Position numbers and translations under genes: made by a program. The notes under the pieces were generated by a model. The model was not told the DNA's origin. It did no database searches and was given only the letters and a program-made list of their open reading frames with translations. A stretch of 61,395 bases of DNA, the filler included, from Chiloscyllium plagiosum (Eukaryota): the NCBI RefSeq assembly GCF_004010195.1. It is 3 parts of one record of this genome, joined end to end, with 100 filler letters (N's around TTAATTAATTAA, not from the genome) between each part and the next. Parts side by side here need not be neighbours in the genome. Positions count along the whole stretch, not along the records: positions 16,657 to 47,439 come from NC_057713.1; positions 47,540 to 61,395 come from NC_057713.1; 1 more part is not named here. One strand, 5' to 3'. Below are positions 37,365-49,600 of the stretch, one piece after another. The first letter of the stretch is position 1. Every line of letters starts with the position of its first letter.

Positions 37365-39780
37365 ATTTAAAAGGATGTTGCCAGGGTTGGAGGTTTTGAG
37401 TTATAAGGAGAGGCTGAATAGGCTTGGGCTGTTTTCCCTGGAGCATCTGAGGTTCACAGGAGATCTTACAGAGGTTTATATAATCATGAGGGGCATGGAC
37501 AGGGTAACTAGACAAGGTCTTTTCCCTGGAGTGGAGGAATCCAGAACGAGTAGGCATAGTTTAGGGTGAGGGGGAAAGATATGAAAGGGGCGTAAGGGCA
37601 ACTTTTTCACGCAGAGGGTGGTGTGGGTACAGAATGAGCTGCCAGAGTAAGTGGTGGAGACTGGTACAATTGCAGCATGTAAAGGCATCTGGATGGGTAT
37701 ATGAATAAGATGATTTAGAGGGATATGGGCCAAGTGCTGTCAATTAGGACTGGATTAATTTAGGATATCTGGTCAGCATGGACGAGTTGGACCGAAGGGC
37801 CTGTTTCCATGCTGTACGTTTCTATGATGCTATAACAAACATCAAAAACAATAATCTTCACCGATACCTGCTTACCACTTCATGTGTGGAGCTTGTGGAA
37901 GAACCTAACCCTTATAGTTTAATCATTCAGCCAGTAGAAGTCACACCATATGAAGAAATAACAATAAGGGAATACTACTAGGGAACAAGGAAGTAGCAGA
38001 GGAGTTGAATAAGTACTTTGCATCAGTCTTCACAGTAGAAAAACACAAAAAGCATCCCAAAAACAGTTAATAATCAAGGGTTACAAGGAGGAGAGGAAAT
38101 AAATACAATAACTATTACTACAGAAGTGTCCAAGAAATGAATGGGGCTACAGATCAATAAGTCGCCTGGACGGTTTGGTATGCATCCTAGCATATTAAAG
38201 GAAGCAGCTACAGAGATACTGGATGCGCTGTTAGTAACCCTCCAGGGATCCTTAATTACGTAAAGTCCTAGGGGATTGGAAAATTGCATAAGACCTTTAA
38301 TTAAAACAGGAAGGAGATAAAAAGCATATAACTATAGGCCAGAGCTTAATATCTGTTATTGGGAAAATATTACATTCTTTATATTACTGTAAGAACAGAT
38401 CAATTATAAATATATAATATGATCAAGCAAAGATCAAGTGTGGCTTCATGAAGGAGAAATCATGCCTGACAAATCTACTAAACCTTTTTGAGGAGGTAAC
38501 AAGCAGAAGCGATGGATGTAACGTATTTAGATTTTCAGAAGCATTTGATAAGGTGCCAGACGTTAGGCTACTTAGGAAGATAAGAGCCCATGCTTCTGAA
38601 ACTAGTACATTAGTATGGATAGAGGACTGGCTAACTCATAGAAATCAGAGATTCGGAATGGTGAGGGGGAAATTTTCAGGATGGCAACCTGTAACAAATG
38701 GAGTGCCACAGGGATCGGAGCTGGATATACTAATGACTTGGATGACGGAAGTGAATGTACTATCGCCAAGTTTTCAGATGACACCAAAATAGTTTGGAAG
38801 ACACATGGTGAGGATGACACAAACAAGTCTGTAGAGGGAAACAGACAGGTTAAGCAAGTGGGCAAAAACTTGGAGATGGAATGTGGAGTGATGTGAGGTC
38901 ATGCTGTTTGGCAGGAAAAATACAAGAGCTGAATAGTATTTAAACAGAGAAAGCAACAGGACTGAGGGGAATGAGAGATAAGGCAAATGGAACATTAACC
39001 TTCATTTCAAAGCGAATAGACCATAAAAGTAAGATTTTTTGAAAATTGTACAAGATATGTGCAGGTCCAAAGATGTGCAGGTGAGGTGAATTGGCCATGC
39101 TAAATTGTCCGTAGTGTTAGGTAAGGGGTAAATGTAGGGGTATGGGTGGGTTGCGCTTTGGCGGGTCGGTGTGGACTTGTTGGGCCGAAGGGCCTGTTTC
39201 CACATTGTAAAGTAATCTAAAAAAAAATATTAGTCAGATCACAGCTGGAATACTGTGAGCAGCTTTGGTCCCCTTATCAAAGTAAGATTATACTGACATT
39301 GAAGGCAGTCCATAGAAACCTATACCAGGTAAGGAGGAACTGTCTTATTAGAAGAGGTTGAGTAGATTAGGTCTATACTTATTAGAATATAGAAAAAGGA
39401 GGAGTGACCTCATTAAGACATAAAAGATTCTTAGAGAACCTAACAAGATAGAGTTGGAAAGGTTGTTTCCCTTTTTATGAAAGTTTAGGACAAGAGGGCA
39501 TAACTTCCGAATAAGAGTTCACACATTTAAAACAAAAATGAGGAGGAATTCCTTCTCTCAAATGGTTGTAAATCTGTGGAATATTTTACGAAGGGCTACT
39601 GAGGCTGAATCATTAAGTATACTAAAGGCTGACATAGGCAGATTTTTAATCAGTAAACGAATTAAGAGTTACGGAGAAAGGGCAGGAAAGTGGAGTTGAG
39701 ACTTATCAGATCCGCCATGATCTCACTGGATGGCAGAGCCAACTCAATGGGCTGAATGGGCCTACTTCTGATCCTACCTT
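37365..39780 (+). mobile_element. Two CR1 LINE fragments; the second carries a truncated HE1 SINE (39053-39229)
   Basis: SYKERLNRLGLFSLE; KSCLTNLLNLFEEVT..AFDKVP..VTNGVPQGS; AKFSDDTKI. Confidence 0.85.
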
Positions 39781-40830
39781 ATGAAAACTCCTGCCATTCC
39801 GAAGAGATTTGATTTACTACATTGGCATTCTTCTTTGGGGATTTTGGCAATGATGAATGAAGGGTATTGGTTTTCCTCTTTCTTTCAAGTGGGCATCATT
39901 GGCAAGGCCAGCATTTGTGATCTATCTCTAATTACCCTGGAACCGAGTGGCTTGCTAGACCATTTCAGAAGGTAGATCAGAGTCAACCACATTGCTGTAG
40001 ATCTAGAGTCATACATAGGTTTTACAGGTAAGGATCACAAGTTTCCCTTCCTAAACTATATAAGTGAACCATGTGGATTCAACAACAATCCAACAGTTTC
40101 ATAGTAATGATTACTGAGGCGAACTCCAGACTTATTAATTGAACTGCAAATGTCACCAGCTGCTGTGATGGGGTTTTAAACAGTGTCTCTATAGAATTAA
40201 ATTGAGCTATGGGCTTCCTAGTCTCGTCAGACTATACTAGGATTCCCCCACACAAAACTGTGAGGAGTGCTGTTGTTTCCAAAGTTCACTTCATATAAAA
40301 AGGAGGCGGGGAAATAGAAAGGAATCACAACTGAAGGCGATATGGCAAGGGAACAAGAAGCCAAATGGGTGTAAAATGTAAAGGCTAACGGAGGGTTAAT
40401 TATTCAATAATTCTTTAAAATGGAAATACTCAAAAGACTTTGTAAGGAACAAAGCCTCATAGTCCATTTATTTGAGATGGGGTCAGTAGAACAGATCTTT
40501 TTTCAGTAATTAACATAACAAAGTAAGCATTTGCCCTTAAGCAGCCTCCAGCAATTCTTTACAATGAAAAGTGCTCTGACTCTCAAGGGAATGACTCCAA
40601 GCATCGTACTCCTCCAAATAACTAGAATATGGTGTTTAAAGCAGGGTGCTATGCTGCCAGAAGTATTATAATATTGGAGGAGGTGGGAATTTAAATGGCA
40701 AGCAAGACAAAAGAAAGTACAGCCTTTGTTAACCTGAAAGGAGATCTGAGCCTTTGGAAACATGATGAATGTCACAGGCATTTTCCTTCAGACCTCAGTA
40801 TGTAGTACTGAACTGTCAAACACAACATAC

Positions 40831-40898
40831 CTTCTGAAAATTCCATCAACGAAAATAAACATCTGCGAGTGTCAGGAATTTCTACACAATCAAAGCCA
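40831..40898 (-). CDS. Candidate internal exon of the unidentified minus-strand gene
   Basis: Acceptor TCCTTTCTTACTCAG|T, donor AAG|GTATGT. 68 nt, only one open frame, GFDCVEIPDTRRCLFSLMEFSE (phase 2 to phase 1). Confidence 0.35.
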
Positions 40899-41595
40899 CT
40901 GAGTAAGAAAGGACTTCTTTCTCGCAAGCCTCTGATTTCATGTCACAGACAACCCCCACCCCCCAATTCTGAACACATTTCCATTCCCCACACTCATTCT
41001 CTGATTTAAACCTAAAAGCAGGAACTGATTAGGGAGTTAACTCATGTCATAGCTGTATTTTCCAGTATTAATACATAGGAAGAGGAGGAGTTTTAGCATC
41101 TTGAGCCTGCTCCACCATTTAATTCAATCATGAGTAATCTGCAACTAAACCCAGATTTTGTTTATGCTTTGTTAACAAAAACCTATCAATCTCAGACTGG
41201 ATATCAACAGCTTTTCCAGCATCAATTACAATTTGGAGAAGAGGGATCAGATATTCAACGGCATTCTTTTTTTTTGTTTTCATGTCTTCCCCAGTTTTGT
41301 CCTACAGGTAGCACTGAAAAGGCTGGCTGTACTTCGGATAGATAAGTCACCTGTGCCAAGCAGCTTATATCTCCTGATTCAGCAGCTATCATATAGTTAT
41401 CTAAAGAAGGATATCCATGTGTTGAAAGCAATACAGTGAAGTGTCAATAGAATGAAATCTGGAAACTGCAAGAGTTCAAGAAGGTAGCTGTTTACCAGCT
41501 TTGCCAAGGCAATTATGGATACACAATAAATGCTGGCCCAGCCAACAATGTCCACCTCCCATGAAAGAATAAGTAAAAGAAACAAAAACCTGAGA

Positions 41596-43450
41596 AGTGT
41601 TCTGAACAAGATATAATGTAACATTCAAATAACTCGATTAGTTGGTTGCCTGGAGATGACAAAACAGATTCAAATTAGGCCAATCAGTTTCAATTATACC
41701 CCGAAAAATACCAAACTCCAATCAAGTTTGAATTTAGTATATTGACCACCTTAAAAGCCAAAGTCACAATCCGACACTTGGGGGCTATAAGACTGGGGAA
41801 AATTGAACAGTTGGGAGGAGAACTGCCAGGCCACCAGCCTCTGCAGACGACCCAAAGGTACCTTTATCAATCAGTAACCTGTGAAGCAGAAATCCCTAAG
41901 AAGAAGAAAAGAAAACAGAGGAAGATACAATGAGAGGATTCGACATCTGGTTGGTTTTGAAAAGTTGAATTTTGGTAAATCTTAAATCGGGGATTTTATC
42001 GGACTAGTATCGTAGAAGAGGAAGGTAAAAGAGAAGTTTGAGGAAGGAGATGTAAATAGTTGTTAGTTAATTATTCTTTGTTATACTTTAAGAAATAGTG
42101 TGATTAAAGGCAGTCAGCATGGCTTTGTGAGGGGCAGATCATGCCTCACAAATCTTATTGAGTTCTTTGAGGAGGTGTCAAGACAAGTTGACGATGGTCG
42201 AGCAGTGGTTGTGGTGTATATGGACTTCAGCAAGGCATTTGATAAGGTTCCCCATGGCAGGCTCATTCATGAAGTAAGGAAGTATGGGATACAGGGAGAT
42301 TTGGTTATCTGGATTCAGAATTGGCTGGCTGACAGAAGGCAGAGAATGGTTGTAGATGGAAGATATTCTGCCTGGAGGTCAGTGTTGAGTGGGATCCTGC
42401 AGGGCTTTGATCTTGGGCCTCTGCTCTGTGTAGTTTATATAAATGACTCGGATGAGGAGGTTGAGGGGTGGGTTAGTAAATTTACAGATGACACTAAGGT
42501 TGGAGGTATCGTTGATAGTATAGAGGGCTACTGCAAGCTGCAGCGCAACATAGACAGGATGGAGAGCCGGGCTGAGAAATTGCAGATGGAGTTCAATCTG
42601 GATAAATGCGAAATGATGCATTTTGGAAGGTCGAACTCAAATGCTGAATATAGGATTAAAGACAGGATTCTTGGCAGTGTGGAGGAACAGAGGGATCTGG
42701 TGTGCGAGCACATAAATCCCTCAAAGTTGCCACCCAAGTGGACAGGGTTGTTAAGAAAGCATATGGTGTTTTGGCTTTCATTAACAGGGGATCGAGTTTA
42801 AGAGCCGCGAGGTTTTGCTGCTGCTCTACAAGTCCCTGGTGAGACCACACTTGGAATATTGTGTCCAGTTCTGGTCGCCCTACTATAGGAAAGATAGAGG
42901 CTTTGGAGAGGGTGCAAAGAAGGTTTACCAGAGAAGGAGGAAGAGAGGTGACCTGATCGAGGTGTACAAAATAATGAGAGGAATAGATAGAGTCAATAGC
43001 CAGAGACTTTTCCCCAGGGCAGGATTGACTGGTACGAGGAGTCATAGTTTGAAGATATTAGGAGGAAGGTATAAAGGAGATGTCAGAGGTAGGTTGTTTA
43101 CGCAGAGAGTTGTGAATGCATGGAATGCGTTGCCAGTTGTGGTGGTGGAAGCAAAGTCATTGAGGACATTTAAGCGACTGTTGGACATGCACATGGATAG
43201 CAGTGAGTTGAGGGGGTGCATAGGTTAAGTTACAATATTTTACATTAGGATTAAGTCTTGGCACAACATCATGGGCCTAAGGGCCTGTTCTTTGCTGTAC
43301 CTTTCTATGCTCTATGCTCTCAATAAAGTTGTTAACTTTTACTTTAAATAGATCTTGGCCTCTCAAATTTTCACAGATTACTGCACAGGATAAATGTTTT
43401 CTGTGTTGCTGGTTTAAATTAAGCAAGAGGGTTTACCCCTTGTTGTAACA
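41596..43450 (+). mobile_element. Second copy of the Gypsy-type LTR, split by a CR1 insertion
   Basis: 41596-42096 and 43321-43450 align with 5057-5678 (e.g. AAGTGTTCTGAACAAGATATAATGTAACAT) and end in TGTAACA. Confidence 0.85.
42097..43320 (+). mobile_element. 5'-truncated CR1 LINE (RT domain plus 3'UTR)
   Basis: The 233-aa ORF reads QHGFVRGRSCLTNLIEFF..MDFSKAFDKVPH..KFTDDTK. It ends in a (CTATGCT)n tail. Confidence 0.93.
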
Positions 43451-44959
43451 TATGTGATCACAAGTTTTTGTTTATTCACTCAGGAGATATGGGCATCACT
43501 GGCTGGCTAGCATTTATTGCCCATCCTGAGATGCCCTCAAGAAGGTGGTGGTGTGCTGCCTTCTTGAACTACTGCAGTCCACCTGCTGTTGGTCGACCAG
43601 TGGTGCCATTAGGAAGGGAATTCCAGTGAAGGAAGAAGGATATATTTCCAAGTCAGGATGGTTAGTGGCTTGGAGGGGAACTTGCAGATAGTGGTGTTTC
43701 CATGTATCTGCTGCCCTTAATAAAAAGCGAAAGAACTGCAGATGCTATAAATCAGAGACGAAAATTAAAATTGCTGGAAAAGCTCAGCAGCTTTGGCAGC
43801 ATCTGTGGAGAGAAATCAGAGTTAATGATTTGTGTCGAGTAACCCTTCCCCAGTTCTAACCCAGTGATGGGTCTGTCCTGCTCGTGGGACAGGACCCATC
43901 CAGGGATAGTGATGGTGGTTTCTGGGACATTGCCTGTAAACAATGATTCCGTGCGTTTGATTATATCAAGCTGTTGTTTTACTAGTCTGTCAGACAGCTC
44001 TCCCACTTTTGGCAGTAGCCCAGAGATGTTAGTTAAGAGGACACTGCAGCGTCAACAGGGCTGTTTCTGCCATTGTCTTTGCCGGTGCCTAGGTTGATAT
44101 CAGGTAGCCCATCCAATTTCATTTTGTTCGCAGGACTTTGTAGCGATTGATACAACTGAGTGACTTTTGAGATCATTTCAGAGGTCCACTGAGACTTGAT
44201 CACACTGCTGTGGGTGTCACATGTAGGCCAGACCAGGTGAAGACAGCAAATGTTCTTCCCTAAAAGGTATTAAGTGAGTCAGATGGGTTTTTCTGACAAT
44301 CGACTATGGTTTTATGGTCATCAATAGATTTTTAATTCCAGATTTTTTTTTGTTGAATTCAAATTCCACCAGCTGTCACGGCAGGATTTGAATTTGAGTG
44401 TCCCAGAACATTGGCTGAGTTTCTGGATTAATAATCTAACAATAATACCTCTAGACCATTGTCTCCCCATTAAACTCCAATGAACTCCCATCAAACTCAA
44501 CATTCTCATCACATTGATTACATTCAATACAGTTCAAGGAATTAATAAGATAACCATGATGCTCATTTAGTCATGCATGCCTGTTTCAGAAATACCAAGC
44601 TAAAAAGTAGCAAAACATTTACAGCACAATTTCACCCAATACATTACATGAAAAATATATTAAATATAAAACAAAATATCACAGAGAATCAATTCAAGAG
44701 TCTGGGCTGTAATCTGCCTCTTTATAAACCCTGGATTTTCCCAACTGGTAGATGCGTATTCTGCCTGTTTTAAACTCAGCGTTATATAGGTTGGGTGATA
44801 AGTATTTTGTCCCTTTATAAACCCAAATATAACTAAGGCAGGATTTTCAGTGAGATACAAAAGACTGTCAACACTTGTTGAACTTTAAACAATGAGAAAT
44901 CAGCAGACATGAGGAGAAGCAGATAAAAAACAATGTATCACAAAGATTTAGACACTTAC

Positions 44960-45102
44960 TTAGAAGGATGTAGAAGGTGTGAAACCACAGTTTGTGGGTG
45001 AAAGGAAAGCCAAACCATAAAGTGATCAGCCCACATAGGCAGCAAAGCTGTATTGACTCAAGACAAGCTACATCCACTTTGATTTCCTACAGCATCAATA
45101 AG
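44960..45102 (-). other. Candidate exon 2 (5'UTR, possibly with start codon at 45036) of the minus-strand gene
   Basis: Acceptor GCTGTCTTTTGCAG|C, donor TAA|GTAAGT. ATG45036 gives MWADHFMVWLSFHPQTVVSHLLHPS ending in phase 2, compatible with the 40831-40898 exon. Confidence 0.3.
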
Positions 45103-46268
45103 CTGCAAAAGACAGCACTGGAACAGCTCATACCCCCAAAAAGGCTGCGTCCTGTCACGAAAGTTAGAAACAAAAGAAACACAGAAAATACGTGCAGGAG
45201 TAGGCCATTTGGCCCTGCAAGCCTGCTCCACCATTCAATATGATTACAGCCGATCATCCAACTCAGTCCCCTGTTCCCACTTTTTCCCCCTACACTTGAT
45301 CATTATAGCCCTTAGAACTATATCTAATTCTTTCGAAATACTTGCAATGTTTTCGCCTCAACAACGTTTTGTGGCAGAGAATTCCGCAGGCTCACCCCTC
45401 TCTGAGTAAAGACACTCCTCCTCATCTCAATCCTAAATGGCCCTTAAACTGTGACCCCTGGTTCTGGATCCCTGGTCATTGGGAACATCTTTCCTGCATT
45501 TACATTGTCTGGTCCTGTTAGAATCACACAAGTTTCTCTGCGATTTCCCCTTTGTTCTTCTAAACTCCAGCGAATGTAGCCCTAGTCAATCCAGTTTCTT
45601 CATATACCAGTCCTGTCATTCCAGGTCAAGGATAAAATCAGATCAGATCCTGTTGAATGGTGGAGCAGGTTCAAAGGGCCAAGTGGCCTACACTTGTTCC
45701 TTGTTTGTACATTTGTACTACACGAACATTACCAAACAAAATTTAATACCATAGATATTGGGTAGATGACCAATAGCAGGCTCAAAGAGGTAGATTTTAA
45801 GGGTTGTCTTAAATGTGAAAAGCAAGGCACAGAGATTTAGGGAGGAAATTCAAGATTGTAGGGCCTAAGCATTGAAGACATGTCTGCCAATAGTGTAGCA
45901 AGTTAAATAAAAGTGGCTCGATAAGTCAGAAGGGGTGCAAAGCAGAGTTGTCTCAGAGGGTTGTTGTGCCCTTTTTTAACTCAATACCTCTATTTATGAT
46001 ATTTCCAGTTCACATCGTAGTTTATTTTTATCCTCCAGTTATAAAGTCCAATATCCAAATGCCTTCTAATCACTCTCTCGATATCTCCAATCACATTCAA
46101 AGATCTATGCATTCTCAGGTCCCTCCATCACTGCATAACTGCATCATTAAAACAATATTCCTTCTCCAACTCCTTTCTGCCAAAGTGTAGCATCTTTTTA
46201 CTTATCGATGCTCAACTGCATTTGCCACTTGACTATGTCCTTTGGAAGTTGGTTCGTATAAGCCTTAG

Positions 46269-46435
46269 AGGAAAAAGTGAGGACTGCAGATGCTGGAGAT
46301 CAGAGCTGAAAATGTGTTGCTGGAAAAGCGCAGCAGGTCAGGCAGCATCCAAGAAGGGCTTATGCCCGAAACGCCGATTCTCCTGTTCCTTGGATGCTGC
46401 CTGACCTGCTGCGCTTTTCCAGCAACACATTTTCA
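46269..46435. mobile_element. PLE-derived fold-back insert
   Basis: Inverted arms CTGAAAATGTGTTGCTGGAAAAGCGCAGC... The 17-bp TSD GTTCGTATAAGCCTTAG lies at 46252-46268 and 46436-46452. Confidence 0.88.
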
Positions 46436-46711
46436 GTTCGTATAAGCCTTAGCCATTCCACCAAATTTTGGCAGATTTTGGAATTTTATTTTGTATTCCA
46501 GTATCCAAGTCGTTTAGATTTATCAAATAAAAAAGGGTCTTACACTTTTGGGGAAAACCACTTCTAATCTGAAAAATAATAAATTTACTACAACTTCCTG
46601 TTTTCTGTTCTTCAGCTTTTTTATCTATGCTGATACTGATAGTCAATTTTGCCAACCAGTTTTCTTTATGGTACTTTTTCAAACATTTTAAAATCATACA
46701 GACAACATCCA

Positions 46712-47330
46712 GGGAGAAAGTGAGGATAGCAGATGCTGGAAATCACAGTCGAAGAGTGTGGTGCTGGAAAAGCACAGCCGGTCAGGCAGCATTTGAGGAG
46801 AATCAACATTTCGAGCATAAGTTCTTCAGGAATGAGGGGGTGGCCCAAGGACGCTGAGAAATGAATGGGAAGGGGCTGGGGCGGGGGGAGACAGTAGCTG
46901 CGGATGCGATATGTAGATGGAGTTGAAGAGAAGGGTGGAGTGGTCAAGGTCAAGAGGGCGGTGCCGAGTTGGAAGGTTGGATCTGGGATAAGGTCAGGGA
47001 AGGGGAAATGAGGAAACCGATGAAATCCACATTGATTCCATGTGGTTGGAAGGTCTCAAGGCAGGAGATGAGGCGTGTTTCCTACAGGCAACGGATGGTT
47101 AGAGTTTGGCAGTGAAGGAGGCCCGGGACTTGCATGCCCCTGGTGGAGTGGAAAAGGGAGTTGGTTGAGGAAACCGATGAAATCCACATTGATTCCATGT
47201 GGTTGGAAGGTCTCAAGGCAGGAGATGAGGCGTGTTTCCTACAGGCAACGGATGGTTAGAGTTTGGCAGTGAAGGAGGCCCGGGACTTGCATGCCCCTGG
47301 TGGAGTGGAAAAGGGAGTTGGTGATCGCAG
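46712..47330 (-). mobile_element. PLE 3' end (endonuclease tail plus pseudo-LTR), degenerate, with an internal 157-bp tandem duplication
   Basis: The reverse complement resembles 53090-53530 (ACCTTCCAACCACATGGAATCAATGTGGATTTC). 47009-47165 equals 47166-47322. Confidence 0.8.
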
Positions 47331-47439
47331 AAGGAGGCAGCCCTGGGTGGGGGAGAGCGGGAGCAGGCAGCCCGGGGGTGGGGGAGAGCAGGAGCAGGAA
47401 GCCCGGGGGGTGGGGGAGAGCGGGAGCAGGAAGCCCGTG

Positions 47440-47539
47440 NNNNNNNNNNNNNNNNNNNNNNNNNNNNNNNNNNNNNNNNNNNNTTAATTAATTAANNNNN
47501 NNNNNNNNNNNNNNNNNNNNNNNNNNNNNNNNNNNNNNN
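47440..47539. other. 100-nt assembly gap with a synthetic TTAATTAATTAA linker (47484-47495)
   Basis: N44-linker-N44. Confidence 0.95.
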
Positions 47540-48100
47540 TCTAAGAATCCATTTCTGAGGCACTCCACAAAGTCTCTTTCTTGAGGTCTAATCCCATCCT
47601 GATTCTCCCAGTCTACCTGCATGTTGAAATCCCCCATAACAACTGTAGTAACATCTTTGCGACAGGCCAATTTCAGCTCCTGATTCAACTTACATCCGAC
47701 ATCCAGACTACTGTTTGGGGGCCTGTAGATAACTCCCAAGAGGGTCTTTTTACCCTTAGAATTTCTCAGCTCTATCCACACTGACTCTACATCCCCTGAT
47801 TCTAGGTCCCCCCGTGCAAGGGACTGAATATCATCCCTTACCGTTACGGCCACCCCACCCCCTCTGCCCGTCAGTCTGTCCTTACGATAGCATGTGTAGC
47901 CTTGAATATTCACTTCCCAGGCTCTTTCCACTTGAAGCCATGTCTCAGTTATCCCCACAATATCGTGTCTGCCAATTTCCAAAAAAGCCTCAAGCTCATC
48001 CATCTTATTTCTAGTGCTTCGTGCATTCATGTATAGTATTTTTAATTTGTTACTGCCCTCACCCTTCCCATCAACTCCTATTTCACTCAACCTTACAGCA
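47540..48100 (-). mobile_element. CR1 LINE APE endonuclease domain, apparently young
   Basis: Open frame LYMNARS..DIVGITETWL..RKDRLTGRGGGVAV..GVIYRPPN..VVMGDFN running into the gap. Confidence 0.93.
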
Positions 48101-48616
48101 TGAGAAGAGAGAAAAAGGAAAAATAAAACAAAAGGAAATCGATACAGCGGATGAGCTCCATCTGAGACGTCCTCTTCTCCAGCTGTCATTCTTGGCCTTA
48201 TTTGTGAGGAAGGTTGTTGGTCAGGGTATAAAAGATTCATTAACAATGTGGATAAAACATTGGCTGAACGATAGGAAACAGAGGGTAACAGTCAATGGAT
48301 ATTTTGCAAGCCAGAGGAATGTTTGCAGTGGAATTTCCTAGGGTCGGGATTTAGATCCTTGCTTTTCCAGACATAACAAACTAGACCCTGGTGTACAGGA
48401 GACCCTGGTGCAGATGACACCAAACCTAGAAGAACTGTAAACTCTGGTGGGGAACACATTGGGAAGTTGGTAGAGCACATGGATACGTGGCCCGCAAGGT
48501 ACAAAGTAGAGACATGTGAAATGATGCATTTGGTGAGAAGGAGTTTGAAAAAGAACGAAAAATATCAGATACAATTCTAAACAAGGTGCAGGAGTAAAGT
48601 GACCTGGGTAGAGGCA

Positions 48617-49600
48617 TTCCCTCAGTACTGACCCTCTGATATTGCGGTGCTTCCTCAGCACTGACCCTCACACAGTGCCAACTCCCTCAGCGCTGACCCT
48701 CCAACAGGGCGGCGCTCCCTCAGCACTGGACCTCCGACAGTGCAGCACTCCCTCAGCACTGACCCTCTGACAGTGCAGCACTCCCTCAGCACTGACCCGC
48801 TGACAGTGCAGCTCTTCCTCAGCACTGACCCTCCTATGGTGCCCACACCCTCAGCACTGACCCTCCGACAGTGCGGCACTCACTCAGCACTGGACCTCCG
48901 ACAGTGCGGCACTCCCTCAGCACTGACCCTCTGACAGTGCGCGCTCCCTCAGCACTGACTCTTCCGATAGTGCGGCGCTCCCTCAGCACTGACCCTCTGA
49001 CAGTGCGCGCTCCCTCAGCACTGACCATCCGACAGTGCGGCGCTCCCTCAGCACTGACCCTCTGACAGTGCCCACTCCCTCAGCACTGACCCTCCGACTG
49101 TGCCCACTCCCTCAGCACTGACCCTCCGACAGTGCCCACTCCCTCAGCACTGACCCTGACAGTGCCCACTCCCTCAGCACTGACCCTCCGACAGTTGTTG
49201 AATGTTTTTAAGGTAAAAACAATTTTTTGAACAATAAAGGAATTAAGAGATACGGTGTGAGGGCGGGTAAGTGGACTGAGGCCATGATAAGGTCAGCTAT
49301 GATCTTACTGAATGGTGGGCTAGGCTCGATGGGTTGGATGGCCTTCTCCAGCTCCTGGTTCATCAGTGTTCTTCTAAGAAATGTTTGGTGGGATAATGGC
49401 CAGTTGGGAATCTGGGCTAAAGGTCAGCAAGGGCTACTTTGACCAAAAGTTCTGTTTCTGTGCTGTATAATTGCATCACTCCATAGCTCCACCTTGGAGT
49501 CACTAGCAGGCCCTCCGACAGTGCGGCGCTCCCTCAGCACTGACCCTCCGACAGTGCGGCACTCCCTCAGCACTGACCCTCCGACAGTGCGGCGCTCCCT
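48617..49600. repeat. 33-bp GC-rich minisatellite CTCCCTCAGCACTGACCCTCCGACAGTGCGGCA in two blocks (48617-49193 and 49511-49600)
   Basis: 33-nt periodicity (e.g. CTCCCTCAGC at 48748 and 48781), roughly 17 plus 3 copies, interrupted by LINE-tail sequence. Confidence 0.93.

Noticed and set aside
48617..49193. CRISPR-like array of ~33-bp repeats
   Set aside because: The units are head-to-tail with no unique spacers, there are no cas genes and the context is vertebrate, so this is a minisatellite.
1..49600. TMUB1, expected upstream of FASTK from mammalian synteny
   Set aside because: No TMUB1-like peptide was seen in the ORF track or in the unique segments I translated.
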